DNA of 64,000 nucleotides. It comes from a virus. Lineage: Duplodnaviria; Heunggongvirae; Uroviricota; Caudoviricetes. This document shows positions 8,464 to 17,892 of this stretch, piece after piece (the stretch's first letter is position 1; each line of letters begins with the position of its first letter). Location of the stretch: the IMG/VR virus record IMGVR_UViG_3300046318_000589. One strand, 5' to 3'. The translations under genes and the position numbers were made by a program. The notes beneath the pieces are model-generated. The model did not search any database, was not told where the DNA came from, and saw nothing but the letters and a program-made list of their open reading frames with translations.

Positions 8464-10311
8464 TTAGGAAAAACCTGTTATTGGGGTGGTTTGATACGAA
8501 ATCGACCCCAAGCCACCACCACCAACAGCTACAGCATCAATCTCACCAATAGTAGAAATCTCATCACTGCCGATCCTAAGGAGCTGATTAAATTTAGGAT
8601 TTAAATCTAAAGAACCTGGACGCAAATAAACCCTTATTTCATCAGTAACATCAGGTGTAAAATTCTTCAATACTATAAATCCTCTACTTTTAATCAAATA
8701 TCCCACATCAGTTAATAATGTTAATATTTCATTATTCACTTTTCTATAGAGGAATAATTGTCTTTTATCAATATCATTTGTTGGCTTATCGCCTAGAAAA
8801 TATGTTTCCCCATTTATAACGATTGGGGTGGATGATACGGTAAATTCTGTGGAATTTGTATCGAATGATGCGTTGGTAAAGCTCAATTCAAAATAATTTT
8901 TATTATTATTCACGGGTGTTATAATTTTATACATTAAACTACTTACTACGTTTGATGTAATTGATGGATTTGATGCGTCAATTAATGTTAATAAATTTGA
9001 ATAACGAAACACCCCACTAAATTTTTGTAATACAGTATTATTATAATTCATTACAACTGCATATATTAAATTATTCAAGTCAAGTATTGAAAGGGAAGTA
9101 TTATTTGAATTATATTTATAATCAATTTTAAGACTGATATTTGTATAATCGGGGTTTACTATTACGGGTGTTATTGTTCCAACCTGTTTAGGTTTTAAAA
9201 TACGGTTAATTATTTCGTCTTTTTCTATGAGGGTTAAATTATCTCTTAAATATGGTTTGATTGATATGTATGTTTTACCATATTCAGGTGTGGGTAAATT
9301 CTCCCCACCATATACAGTAATTGTTTCAATGTCATCGAATTGGTTGGATATAATTGCAAGATAATCTGTTTCAGTAACACATCTATCTTGAGCAGTAAAT
9401 AATCTTTTACTATTAAAGCGGATTGTTTCAATATCTTCTCTATCTAAACCACTTGCGGATATTGCCACCACAGATAGGGTAATGTCATTATTACCCCCAA
9501 TCGCATCAGATATGGAGAATGTCTTTGCACCATTCACTTCCAATCCCTTAGTTGAAATATATTGTGCATGAATGACGTTATTATTTTCTAATTTCTTTCC
9601 CATAACATCATCACCAAATGATATTTGGAATAGTCCGTCATAATTTTCATCAATAAAATAAATTTGCGAATCAATATTAATTTCCCGTAAACTTGTGTAT
9701 CTTGTATAAACAACTGAATTTAACGCTGAATCATGCTCCTTTACTGTTATCAATAATGTGTTGGTGTCTATATTATAATCAGGAATAACAAATACAGGAT
9801 AAGTATCTCTATCATCATATACAAAATATGTATCCTTTAAAACGCCCTGTACAATTTCAATATTAGTAAAGCGGAATTTTCCGTCCAATGATTTACTTGA
9901 TGAATAACTTTGATTTGTTACAAATGGATATTCCGTATTGTTTATTGTTGTTGTAAAGCGTGTACCTTTTGGTAGAATTAATGTATTTGAAACGCCTATT
10001 GGATTATTAACGGTTATATTTACTACAGCTTTTGACGCTATTTTTGAACGAGGTTTATACCCTAGAGCAGATGCACGAGTAACAACATTCCCCCTAAGTT
10101 GTGCTGATTCTATATTTGTTTCGTTAAAGTTAATATAAGCATTAAGAGCCATAATATGTGTGGAATAACTAAGCGTATCAAGTAAAATGTTGAGGTTTGA
10201 CCCTTCAAAATTAAAATCTTGATAAGTGCTTTTACTGGAGAGATATTGTTTGAAAGATTCCTTTATCTCAGAAAAGTCAAGTTTTTTAGGGTCAATTCTT
10301 GTTTTAGCCAT
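8464..10311 (-). CDS. baseplate wedge subunit, T4 gp6-like
   Basis: KQYLSS...DFNFEGSNLNILLDTLSYST and RCVTETDYLAIIS match T4 gp6 blocks (DYDFEGSRLNVLCDLLAYNT and RCVTATDYDTFVS). Length is 615 aa. Confidence 0.75.
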   Translation of the reverse strand: MAKTRIDPKKLDFSEIKESFKQYLSSKSTYQDFNFEGSNLNILLDTLSYSTHIMALNAYINFNETNIESAQLRGNVVTRASALGYKPRSKIASKAVVNITVNNPIGVSNTLILPKGTRFTTTINNTEYPFVTNQSYSSSKSLDGKFRFTNIEIVQGVLKDTYFVYDDRDTYPVFVIPDYNIDTNTLLITVKEHDSALNSVVYTRYTSLREINIDSQIYFIDENYDGLFQISFGDDVMGKKLENNNVIHAQYISTKGLEVNGAKTFSISDAIGGNNDITLSVVAISASGLDREDIETIRFNSKRLFTAQDRCVTETDYLAIISNQFDDIETITVYGGENLPTPEYGKTYISIKPYLRDNLTLIEKDEIINRILKPKQVGTITPVIVNPDYTNISLKIDYKYNSNNTSLSILDLNNLIYAVVMNYNNTVLQKFSGVFRYSNLLTLIDASNPSITSNVVSSLMYKIITPVNNNKNYFELSFTNASFDTNSTEFTVSSTPIVINGETYFLGDKPTNDIDKRQLFLYRKVNNEILTLLTDVGYLIKSRGFIVLKNFTPDVTDEIRVYLRPGSLDLNPKFNQLLRIGSDEISTIGEIDAVAVGGGGLGSISYQTTPITGFS

Positions 10312-10410
10312 ATATTATAATCTTTATGATAATTAGCAATTATTTTTACCTTTACAAACATTAGTTTTTATGTTATTTTATAAAAAATTAAACAATTATA
10401 GGAACATATT

Positions 10411-11397
10411 ATGAAAAACGGTATTTTTATTGGTCGGTTCTCCCCCCTCCACGAAGGTCATTATAGTTTGATAACAAGGGCTATTGAAAAATACAGTATT
10501 GATAAACTATATATTGGTATTGGTAGTGCAAACATTTCTGGAACTATTAAGAATCCCATGACTGTTTTTGAAAGAGAAAGCTATATTAAACAATTTTTTA
10601 TTCATAAGGGGGATATTTTTAACCTAGAAAAATTGTCATTTGAGTATATAGATGATTCTTATAATGAAGAACGTTGGCTATATTACATTGATAAAAAAAT
10701 AAAAGATTATAAAATTGATTATTTATTTTATCATGCAAAAAAAGATGGCTCAAGTTCATGGGTGGAAAATGTTTATTGTAAAAATGTTATTGATATTGAA
10801 CCAATTACAGATATATCAGCAACACAAATTAGACAATCTATCATTGACAATCCTCTCGTGGAAAACTATTTTTACGACTTCAATCCATATAGGGAGTATG
10901 TAAAATTTATAAATGATTATAATTCTAAATTTACCCATCCATACTGCAACAAAACAACTCATGTAACTGTTGATTTACTAATAAGAACAATAGATAATAA
11001 CCATAATAATGCTATTGTATTAATTAAACGAAATAAAGGCTTGGGTAGCGGTAAATATGCTTTAATTGGGGGGTTTGTTGAACCACATGAAACTTGTCTT
11101 GATGCAGTGATTAGAGAGTGTTACGAGGAAACAGGAATTATTATCCCTAAACAATTAATAGATGATGAATCAAAAGTATTTGATGCTCCAAATAGAAGTG
11201 ATAGAGGACGTATCATCACCCATGTTTATCAATGTTATTTGGAGTATTATAAATTGTTGGACATTATAAATAATTTTAAACCTAACGATGAAGTATCTGA
11301 AATAAAAATTGTATCTGAAGGAGAATTTAATTCAAATATTAAATATAACTCGTTTGAAGACCATTCTCTATTAGTCGATTATTGTATGAATTGGTAA
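10411..11397 (+). CDS. natV: bifunctional NMN adenylyltransferase / Nudix hydrolase (NatV/NadM-Nudix)
   Basis: The N-terminal GRFSPLHEGH matches the nucleotidyltransferase (H/T)xGH motif. The C-terminal Nudix box is GGFVEPHETCLDAVIRECYEETGI. Confidence 0.85.
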   Translation: MKNGIFIGRFSPLHEGHYSLITRAIEKYSIDKLYIGIGSANISGTIKNPMTVFERESYIKQFFIHKGDIFNLEKLSFEYIDDSYNEERWLYYIDKKIKDYKIDYLFYHAKKDGSSSWVENVYCKNVIDIEPITDISATQIRQSIIDNPLVENYFYDFNPYREYVKFINDYNSKFTHPYCNKTTHVTVDLLIRTIDNNHNNAIVLIKRNKGLGSGKYALIGGFVEPHETCLDAVIRECYEETGIIIPKQLIDDESKVFDAPNRSDRGRIITHVYQCYLEYYKLLDIINNFKPNDEVSEIKIVSEGEFNSNIKYNSFEDHSLLVDYCMNW

Positions 11398-11401
11398 AAT
11401 T

Positions 11402-11902
11402 ATGAGTTATTGGTCTCAAATATCAGGATTAATTGTCGTCAGTGGATTTTTTGACATCAAAATCATTAATAAAAACTCTCCTTTTGGTAGCGAGGGTGGG
11501 TTGGATTTTACTATAAACAGCTCCATAACAAACGATTATGGCACAAGTTATAGCAATAAACACCCTCAAGGAAAATCATATTTAAAATCAGAAATGTTCA
11601 CCAATATATCATTTTCTGGAAATTTGAGAGATTTTGAATCTGATAAAATCGTAAGAGTTGAAAAATGGTTAAATGGAATAGCACAATATTTTACTAAATT
11701 AAGTGATACTAATAAATATAAATATTTTAATGATGGTAAGGATTATCATCCTGAAAAACTAATGCCAATATTGTGTGATGTGAATATAAGAGTTTATAAT
11801 CGAGATTTATTAGTACATTTCTATCTTGATGAATCCTTTAAAGACAACACCACCATATACGAAATCTATAAAAGAGAAATCATAGAAAAGGAAATTATAT
11901 GA
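11402..11902 (+). CDS. hypothetical protein
   Basis: ORF of 166 aa, translationally coupled to natV. Confidence 0.45.
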   Translation: MSYWSQISGLIVVSGFFDIKIINKNSPFGSEGGLDFTINSSITNDYGTSYSNKHPQGKSYLKSEMFTNISFSGNLRDFESDKIVRVEKWLNGIAQYFTKLSDTNKYKYFNDGKDYHPEKLMPILCDVNIRVYNRDLLVHFYLDESFKDNTTIYEIYKREIIEKEII

Positions 11903-12129
11903 AACACAACCTATTATTAAACAGTGATGCTTACAAACATTCGCACAAAGATATGCTAGATAATGACATAGCATATATGAATAGTTATCTTGAATCTAGG
12001 GGAGGAACATTTAATAAAGTTTATTTCTTTGGGTTACAATATATCTTAAAAGAATATTTAACTACACCAATAACCCAAGCAGACCTTGATTATGCTTTTC
12101 CTATCCTCGATACAATAGGAACTGGATAG
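11899..12129 (+). pseudogene. nadV: NAMPT (NadV) N-terminal fragment, truncated by IS insertion
   Basis: NSDAYKHSHK...VYFFGLQYILKEYL aligns to NAMPT residues about 15-95 (DSYKVTHYKQ...FYGLQYILNKYL). The frame runs straight into the IS end, which supplies the TAG stop. Confidence 0.75.
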
Positions 12130-12149
12130 TTACAAATTTCTATGAAAAA

Positions 12150-13376
12150 TCAAGAAACTTGTTTTAGATGTAAACATCTTGGGTGAACTACAACACCCTC
12201 TATTTCATTCTTATTTTGGAATAATCCTGAAATTGCCTTTCTCATAATATTAAACGCACCGTTTAAATCAGAGTTTATTAATCTTCCATCCGAAGCACGA
12301 AACATTCCACGTTTAATTCTTTTACCTTTATATGTTTCATGTTTCTTGACATCTTCTAAGTCAAGAAAACTACACTTACTTGTATAAGATTCTTCGTGCT
12401 TGTTTACTACTATCCCAACTAATTCACATTTATAAGTTATCATTTTAACAAATGTATCATGGGGTATGTTTACAAAATTTTGATTATTCTTACTACCAAT
12501 ATTGATTTCTTGTTTTTGGTTAATGTTTTTCCCAATAATTAAATTAGTAACATCATTGGAAACTAAATGATTAACCAATAATCGACTTGCTTTATGCAAA
12601 TAATCGTTTATTTTATTGTTACGCTTAAATGTAAGCTTTTCTATGGATAATGAACTTTTCTTCCCTCCCTTTAATTTAATTTGAAGTTTTGCTTTCTTTT
12701 TATTATAGAACTGGTTCATTGATTTTAATGGATTGCCGTTAATAATAAATGGATTTTTCAAATCTGAGAAAGCAACAGTTGCTAAGTTTTTTAAACCTAA
12801 GTCAATAGAAGCTATATTTCCAACATCCTCTTTAAATGGGGTAATTTCTTTATTATACACAACCTCCACAACATAATGTGATTTCCTAGGTACTACCCTG
12901 ACTTGAGCTATATCGTTAAAATTTTCTATTTTACTTTTAATTCTAACATCACATCCTGAGAGTTTAATATATCCTTTTTTAAACTCTGTTTTTGAAATCG
13001 CTTGATTAGTAAATATTGTTACAAATCTTCCATCTGTTTTATCTAGGTAGCCAGGTATTTTCGGTTTACCTAAATATTTCTTTGGATTTTTCTTATAATC
13101 ATTATTTGCTTTAAAAAAACTTACAAAATTTTTATCAAGAACTTTTAATGTTTGTTGTACAACTTTAGCAGGTAATAATGAATAGCATTCCTTATATTTA
13201 GTTTTTAATTTCTTTTCAACTGAATAATAATTTAAATATTTTTCATTTTTTATAAATTCCTGTCTTATTAAGAAAAGTCCCATATTATAAATATTCTTAG
13301 ATTGAAAACATAATTCATCTAAAGACTTAAATGTCTTATTTGATTTCTTTATAATATGTTTCTCTACTAATTGCAT
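12150..13376 (-). CDS. tnpB: TnpB (OrfB, RuvC-like RNA-guided nuclease family)
   Basis: 408 aa with a RuvC-like split (SIDLGLKNLA ... E ... CxxC zinc finger ... NSDLNGAFNI). A hairpin AGATG-TTTA-CATCT lies at the 3' end. Confidence 0.85.
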   Translation of the reverse strand: MQLVEKHIIKKSNKTFKSLDELCFQSKNIYNMGLFLIRQEFIKNEKYLNYYSVEKKLKTKYKECYSLLPAKVVQQTLKVLDKNFVSFFKANNDYKKNPKKYLGKPKIPGYLDKTDGRFVTIFTNQAISKTEFKKGYIKLSGCDVRIKSKIENFNDIAQVRVVPRKSHYVVEVVYNKEITPFKEDVGNIASIDLGLKNLATVAFSDLKNPFIINGNPLKSMNQFYNKKKAKLQIKLKGGKKSSLSIEKLTFKRNNKINDYLHKASRLLVNHLVSNDVTNLIIGKNINQKQEINIGSKNNQNFVNIPHDTFVKMITYKCELVGIVVNKHEESYTSKCSFLDLEDVKKHETYKGKRIKRGMFRASDGRLINSDLNGAFNIMRKAISGLFQNKNEIEGVVVHPRCLHLKQVS

Positions 13377-13945
13377 GATAATTCTTGTATAAGTTTTTCA
13401 GTTTTACGTTTGGTTCGTCTTAGTCCGTATAATCGTGCAGTGAATGAAGTTATGATAGAAACAAAATCTTCCATTAAATCTTCTTTAATATTTTCTGGTG
13501 GGTTAATTATCTCAATACGCCTATTATCATTTGCCATAAGTTTCTCAATATAATTTAAACCAAATCTACAGAATCTATCTGAATGTTCAACAACTATAAC
13601 ATTTATATTTCTATTAGTCAATAACTTTTCTAGTTTAGGTCTTTTATCATTTAACCCAGAACCAATTTCACAGACAGCCTGCTCAACAATATATCCTTTA
13701 GCACTACAATAATCTAAAAGTCTATTCTTTTGTTTTTCTAAATTATCTTTGTTTTCAGATGATGACACTCTTGCATATATAGCAACTTTATTTATCGTAT
13801 CATTATCTTCTTCCACAACAAAGTTCAAACCTGTTGTTAATTTTTCAATTTTGATAAGACCTTTATAAAACCAGTTCCAAACAGTCCTCACAGTAACACC
13901 ATGCTTTTTAGCATAGTCAGATAACTTTAATATTTTTCTTGACAT
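13367..13945 (-). CDS. tnpA: IS607-type TnpA serine recombinase with N-terminal MerR-like HTH
   Basis: Catalytic YARVSS motif. HTH segment LSDYAKKHGVTVRTVWNW. It overlaps the tnpB start. Confidence 0.85.
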   Translation of the reverse strand: MSRKILKLSDYAKKHGVTVRTVWNWFYKGLIKIEKLTTGLNFVVEEDNDTINKVAIYARVSSSENKDNLEKQKNRLLDYCSAKGYIVEQAVCEIGSGLNDKRPKLEKLLTNRNINVIVVEHSDRFCRFGLNYIEKLMANDNRRIEIINPPENIKEDLMEDFVSIITSFTARLYGLRRTKRKTEKLIQELSCN

Positions 13946-14042
13946 TTACTTCCTTTCTTTATATAATTAGCTAATGTTGTTTTATGAAAAATTACATTAT
14001 TTTTTCATAATATTTCATAAGAAAATAAGAAGTTATTTAATA

Positions 14043-14798
14043 CCTGCCCTACAATTATTGATTGATTATTATAATTACCTACCCACTAATCCTATTAGCG
14101 TAAGAGCGTCTGAGCATAGCATCATGTGTCAACGAGGACGTTTAGGTGAACATGATATTGCTAGAAATATTGTATTATCACACCCCGATAAAATCACATC
14201 TATTGTAATTGATGCGTACAACGATGAAAAATTCTTGGATTTTATTGGCACTGAATTAAAAGAAGATATTAAGAAAAGAACAGCACCCCTGATTATAAGA
14301 CCTGATAGTAAGACACCGATCGAAGCAATTATGATGTGCTTTAATAAATTGGAATATTATTTTGGTTCAACATTTAACTCTAAAGGGTATAAAGTTCTAC
14401 CACCATATATCCGTATTATTCAAGGAGATGGTATCAATATTGATTCTATTGATGAAATATTAATACAGTTAGTCGATAATAAAATATCCATTGATAATGT
14501 TATTTTCGGTATGGGAGGTGCGTTGTTGCAAAAAATTGATAGAGATACCCAAAAATTTGCAATCAAATGTAGTCAAGTAACATTAAAAGATGGTACTACA
14601 AGAAATGTTTTCAAAGACCCTATTGGTGATAAGGGTAAGAAGTCTAAATCAGGTAAACTGGCATTAATTTATGATGATGGTTATCACACAATGAGAATAC
14701 AAGAAATTCGAGGAAAAGAAAATTTATTGAAATTAGTTTATAAAAACGGTAAACTAATGAACGAACAATCATTTCCATTCAAGGTAACGTCAAACTAA
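14043..14798 (+). pseudogene. nadV: NAMPT (NadV) C-terminal fragment
   Basis: LLIDYY..PISVRASEHS...IIRPDSKTP...KGYKVLPPYIRIIQGDGINIDSIDEI...FGMGGALLQKIDRDTQKFAIKCSQV...NVFKDPIGD..KSKSGKLAL aligns to NAMPT residues about 225-430. Residues about 95-225 are missing. Confidence 0.8.
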
Positions 14799-14805
14799 AA
14801 AAACT

Positions 14806-14840
14806 TGACAAACGTCATATTATATATTATAATAAATCTG
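14806..14840 (+). promoter_or_regulatory. consensus sigma70 promoter (TTGACA, 17-nt spacer, TATAAT)
   Basis: Perfect -35 and -10 hexamers with a 17-nt spacer, upstream of the 14880 ORF. Confidence 0.55.
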
Positions 14841-14879
14841 TAGAAGCTAAAATTTCTACATTTTTATGAAGATTATTTT

Positions 14880-15134
14880 ATGCCATATATAAAACCAACA
14901 GACCGACCAAACCTTGACGATATTATATCTACTTTAGATATATTTGAACTTGATGTGGGGGATATTAATTATCTGGTAACAAAGTTACTGAAGGAATATA
15001 TAAGTATTCATGGGGAAAATTATGAAAATTATAATTCTCTTGTGGGTGTACTTGAATGTATTAAGCAGGAGTTTTATCGGAGGCAGATCGCACCGTATGA
15101 AGATATAAAAATTCGGCAGAACGGTGATGTCTGA
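14880..15134 (+). CDS. hypothetical protein
   Basis: ORF of 84 aa. Confidence 0.4.
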   Translation: MPYIKPTDRPNLDDIISTLDIFELDVGDINYLVTKLLKEYISIHGENYENYNSLVGVLECIKQEFYRRQIAPYEDIKIRQNGDV

Positions 15135-15468
15135 AAATTTAAAATGGTATCGTTATGATATGGATAACTATCAGAACTTCTTCCGAACGAATCTTCCAAT
15201 AAAAGATAAACCTTTAACTATTTACCACATAGAGAAACATGATAAATTTACTTACCTTGACAACATATATTCTTTTGTATTATGTTTGGATGACACCGAT
15301 AATTTCTTTAAAGAAAATTCAGATTACCATTTAAGAAATCCCAAATACCCATCAAGAACAGTAGATTTTCTTGGTAATGACGGATTGGTGGAATCTTATT
15401 TTTTAAGAGATGATAAAATAGATTGTTTAATATGCGAAATTGTTAAAAATAGAAAGGAAAGAGTTTAA
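15124..15468 (+). CDS. hypothetical protein
   Basis: ORF of 114 aa that overlaps its neighbours. Confidence 0.4.
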   Translation: MMSENLKWYRYDMDNYQNFFRTNLPIKDKPLTIYHIEKHDKFTYLDNIYSFVLCLDDTDNFFKENSDYHLRNPKYPSRTVDFLGNDGLVESYFLRDDKIDCLICEIVKNRKERV

Positions 15469-15662
15469 TGGAAGAAAAATTTGTCATAACAAAAGAACAA
15501 CTTTTGGACTTTATTGAGGCTTCAATTAAAGTGAGAGCTTACGAGAGAATGCCAAGCTATAATAGGGTTTTACTTGATTATCTTCTCGATGAATGGATAA
15601 ATAGTTTTAGAGATGAAGCGTTAAATCGACTTGGAAATTACGAACAATTACCACAAAGTTAA
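15468..15662 (+). CDS. hypothetical protein
   Basis: ORF of 64 aa. Confidence 0.35.
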   Translation: MEEKFVITKEQLLDFIEASIKVRAYERMPSYNRVLLDYLLDEWINSFRDEALNRLGNYEQLPQS

Positions 15663-15667
15663 AATAA

Positions 15668-16549
15668 TTAAATTGATGGTAACGGTTTACTTATGATCGT
15701 ACCGCTTGGATTACCCTGTGCTTTAAAAAAATCAGGTAGGGGGGTTGAAGTTATATTATCGGATACGTTAAGATTTTCTAAAAAACCCCCAACACTTTTT
15801 AATGTACTAGAAACAGCGTCAGTTAAGTCCCCAAACATTTCACTGATACTATATTCCTCAAAATCATCATAAGCAAAAGTAACGTTATATGTTACATAAG
15901 CGTTCATTTCACTTTCATTAAATACCATTTCAGATTGTGTTATGGGAAAAGCCCCTTTTATTTTTACGACATAATTGGGAATATTATTATCATCACAACA
16001 TACGATAAAAGCATCTCTTGCATATTGGTTTTTGTATTTCACCCTATTTGTTTTACGATCAACGATAGATTTTTCCCACGTCTTAAACATTCTTGGAATA
16101 AAATAATCATTCGTAACGATAAAACTTATACTAAATTCCGTATTATTAAAACCATTTACCATAGTTTGATTATGTTTTTCAAGAGAATAATTAAACGTGT
16201 TTAAATTGCTTGATGGTATTGATACGGATTCACAAAAAATACCAATATCCCTTGGATCATCTAAAAAACTTTGAACATACCCATTACTTAAACCGTATGC
16301 AATAGACATAGCATTTTGATTAAATAAATTATAATCGGGGGTTTTCATTATAACAGAAAATCTATTAGTACGAGCAATAGATCCGTGACGATTAATACCT
16401 GCTTTTAAATCTTCAGCAGTGTTTCCAAGGATTGTTGCTGTAACTTTTCCCGCAGCTTTTGTTAGATTCCTTAATCCTGAATCTGTAAAATCAGTCAGTC
16501 TGTTAAGCCCAACGGAATTTGCTAGACCTCCAAGGCGGGGGATACTCAT
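15668..16549 (-). CDS. baseplate tail-tube cap/initiator, gp48/gp54-like
   Basis: The N-terminal ARTNRFSVIMKTP resembles the xRxNRFxV tube-family N-terminal motif. 293 aa. A CCTAATTATCATAAAAG motif lies upstream. Confidence 0.4.
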   Translation of the reverse strand: MSIPRLGGLANSVGLNRLTDFTDSGLRNLTKAAGKVTATILGNTAEDLKAGINRHGSIARTNRFSVIMKTPDYNLFNQNAMSIAYGLSNGYVQSFLDDPRDIGIFCESVSIPSSNLNTFNYSLEKHNQTMVNGFNNTEFSISFIVTNDYFIPRMFKTWEKSIVDRKTNRVKYKNQYARDAFIVCCDDNNIPNYVVKIKGAFPITQSEMVFNESEMNAYVTYNVTFAYDDFEEYSISEMFGDLTDAVSSTLKSVGGFLENLNVSDNITSTPLPDFFKAQGNPSGTIISKPLPSI

Positions 16550-16571
16550 AATTTGTTATCTTTTATGATAA

Positions 16572-17207
16572 TTAGGTTAATGATTTTCTAATATAATCAT
16601 TCCACACAGAACTATCACTAGCACCTTTTTGCCATTGTGCGGTTGGCGTTGTTAATGCTATATCCATATATTTTAAAGGGATACAATAAAAATTGGTCTG
16701 CACCTGCGATAAAAGATATTTTTTGTAGGAAAAACCAAATCCATTATTTTCAAGCAATCCTTTCAAAGCGTAATAATCACCAACCCCAGTAAATTTATTA
16801 ACATTATTATCCATATTCCAATAATTGTATTTTTCTATTAATTTTTGCATTATACGAAATCTAACAGTTAAAGGTAGATAATGGAAATTTATTCCATCCA
16901 TGTAGATTCGACCATTTTCCGTCCATTTGTTTATAATTAATGTCATAGGATAAGCATCAAAATATTTTAAACTCTCCGTTATTGCTTCATATTGAAAATA
17001 AACTAACATACCACTTTGAACTTGAGAAATATCTAATAATTCACTATCCTTAGCGAAACCTGGTGATTTTCTCAGACTAGACCGTAAAAGCTTTATTCTC
17101 TTAATAAAAAAATTGAAACTATCAATGGTTCTAGGGCGTAGCCCTGCATTTGATGCTTGTTGACGGAGCTTGTATAAAATCGAGGTCTTTTCACTTATAT
17201 CTACCAT
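16572..17207 (-). CDS. hypothetical baseplate-associated protein
   Basis: 211 aa, co-directional with the gp48/54-like gene. Confidence 0.35.
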   Translation of the reverse strand: MVDISEKTSILYKLRQQASNAGLRPRTIDSFNFFIKRIKLLRSSLRKSPGFAKDSELLDISQVQSGMLVYFQYEAITESLKYFDAYPMTLIINKWTENGRIYMDGINFHYLPLTVRFRIMQKLIEKYNYWNMDNNVNKFTGVGDYYALKGLLENNGFGFSYKKYLLSQVQTNFYCIPLKYMDIALTTPTAQWQKGASDSSVWNDYIRKSLT

Positions 17208-17214
17208 ACCTTAA

Positions 17215-17892
17215 TTAGAGTATAAATGTCCACTGATACCCTTTATGTGATTTACTTTTACCGATACAACATTTTGAAACAGTGCTAAAATCGAACCCGT
17301 CTAATTTTGTTGCATTAACTGATGGGTATTCCTTTATAAGGACATCATCTTTATATTGACCAACTCTTTTCTTTGGTTTTGCATCACTCATTTTCTTTCT
17401 TGTTTCATCTGTATGTTTATATCCTAAACTATTTGTATTACCTTTATATGCGTCACTTATTTTCTTTCTTGTTTCATCCGTCCTTTTTTTACCCCTATTA
17501 CCATCACTCATTTTCTTTCTTGCTTCTTCAGTATGTTTATAACCAACAGAACCCTCTCCTCCTGCTGTCATATTCACTAAAGTACCAGTTCCTAAATCTC
17601 TTCTCCCATAAAGTAGAATAAACTCAACTTCTTTTCTATTTGCTTCCTCTTCTGATAAGCCCTCTATCATTATTTCTATTCTATATTCAGTTTTATTAAT
17701 CACATTATGCCAATGTGGATTACTACGGTGTGTATTTTTACTTCTTTCATATTTTCCATCAATATTAGTTCCTTTACCTATATAAAATACTTCATTTTTA
17801 TCTAAACGAATATGTCTGTATATGTAACAGAGTTTTTGTTCTTGATTATTTTTATTATTTATGGTACTATGACCATGTGGATTATTATCCAT
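17215..17892 (-). CDS. GIY-YIG homing endonuclease with NUMOD3 repeats (Seg/I-TevI-like), copy 1
   Basis: [19 protein letters not shown] (GIY-YIG), three TEEARKKMSD-type NUMOD3 repeats, and a C-terminal CCIGKSKSHKGYQW. The probable start is MDNNPHG at 17892; the ORF-track Met at 17922 lies inside the leader hairpin. Confidence 0.8.
   Translation of the reverse strand: MDNNPHGHSTINNKNNQEQKLCYIYRHIRLDKNEVFYIGKGTNIDGKYERSKNTHRSNPHWHNVINKTEYRIEIMIEGLSEEEANRKEVEFILLYGRRDLGTGTLVNMTAGGEGSVGYKHTEEARKKMSDGNRGKKRTDETRKKISDAYKGNTNSLGYKHTDETRKKMSDAKPKKRVGQYKDDVLIKEYPSVNATKLDGFDFSTVSKCCIGKSKSHKGYQWTFIL

Larger units (their letters stand above)
12126..13972 (-). mobile_element. IS607-family insertion sequence (tnpA serine recombinase plus tnpB), copy 1
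   Basis: Contains the TnpA/TnpB gene pair. No terminal inverted repeats were found, as expected for IS607. The right end coincides with the nadV breakpoint. Confidence 0.8.

Noticed and set aside
12126-13972. Searched for terminal inverted repeats or target-site duplications bounding the IS element.
   Set aside because: None were found. That is expected for IS607-family elements (serine recombinase, no terminal inverted repeats, no target duplication), so their absence does not count against the mobile-element call.
17395-17545. Roughly 60-nt direct repeats (CATTTTCTTTCTTGTTTCATC...) that look CRISPR-like; similar repeats occur at 47150-47300 and 58900-59060.
   Set aside because: They are in-frame coding repeats (NUMOD3 DNA-binding modules, TEEARKKMSD-type) inside the GIY-YIG genes. 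The spacers between them are not variable and there is no leader or cas context.
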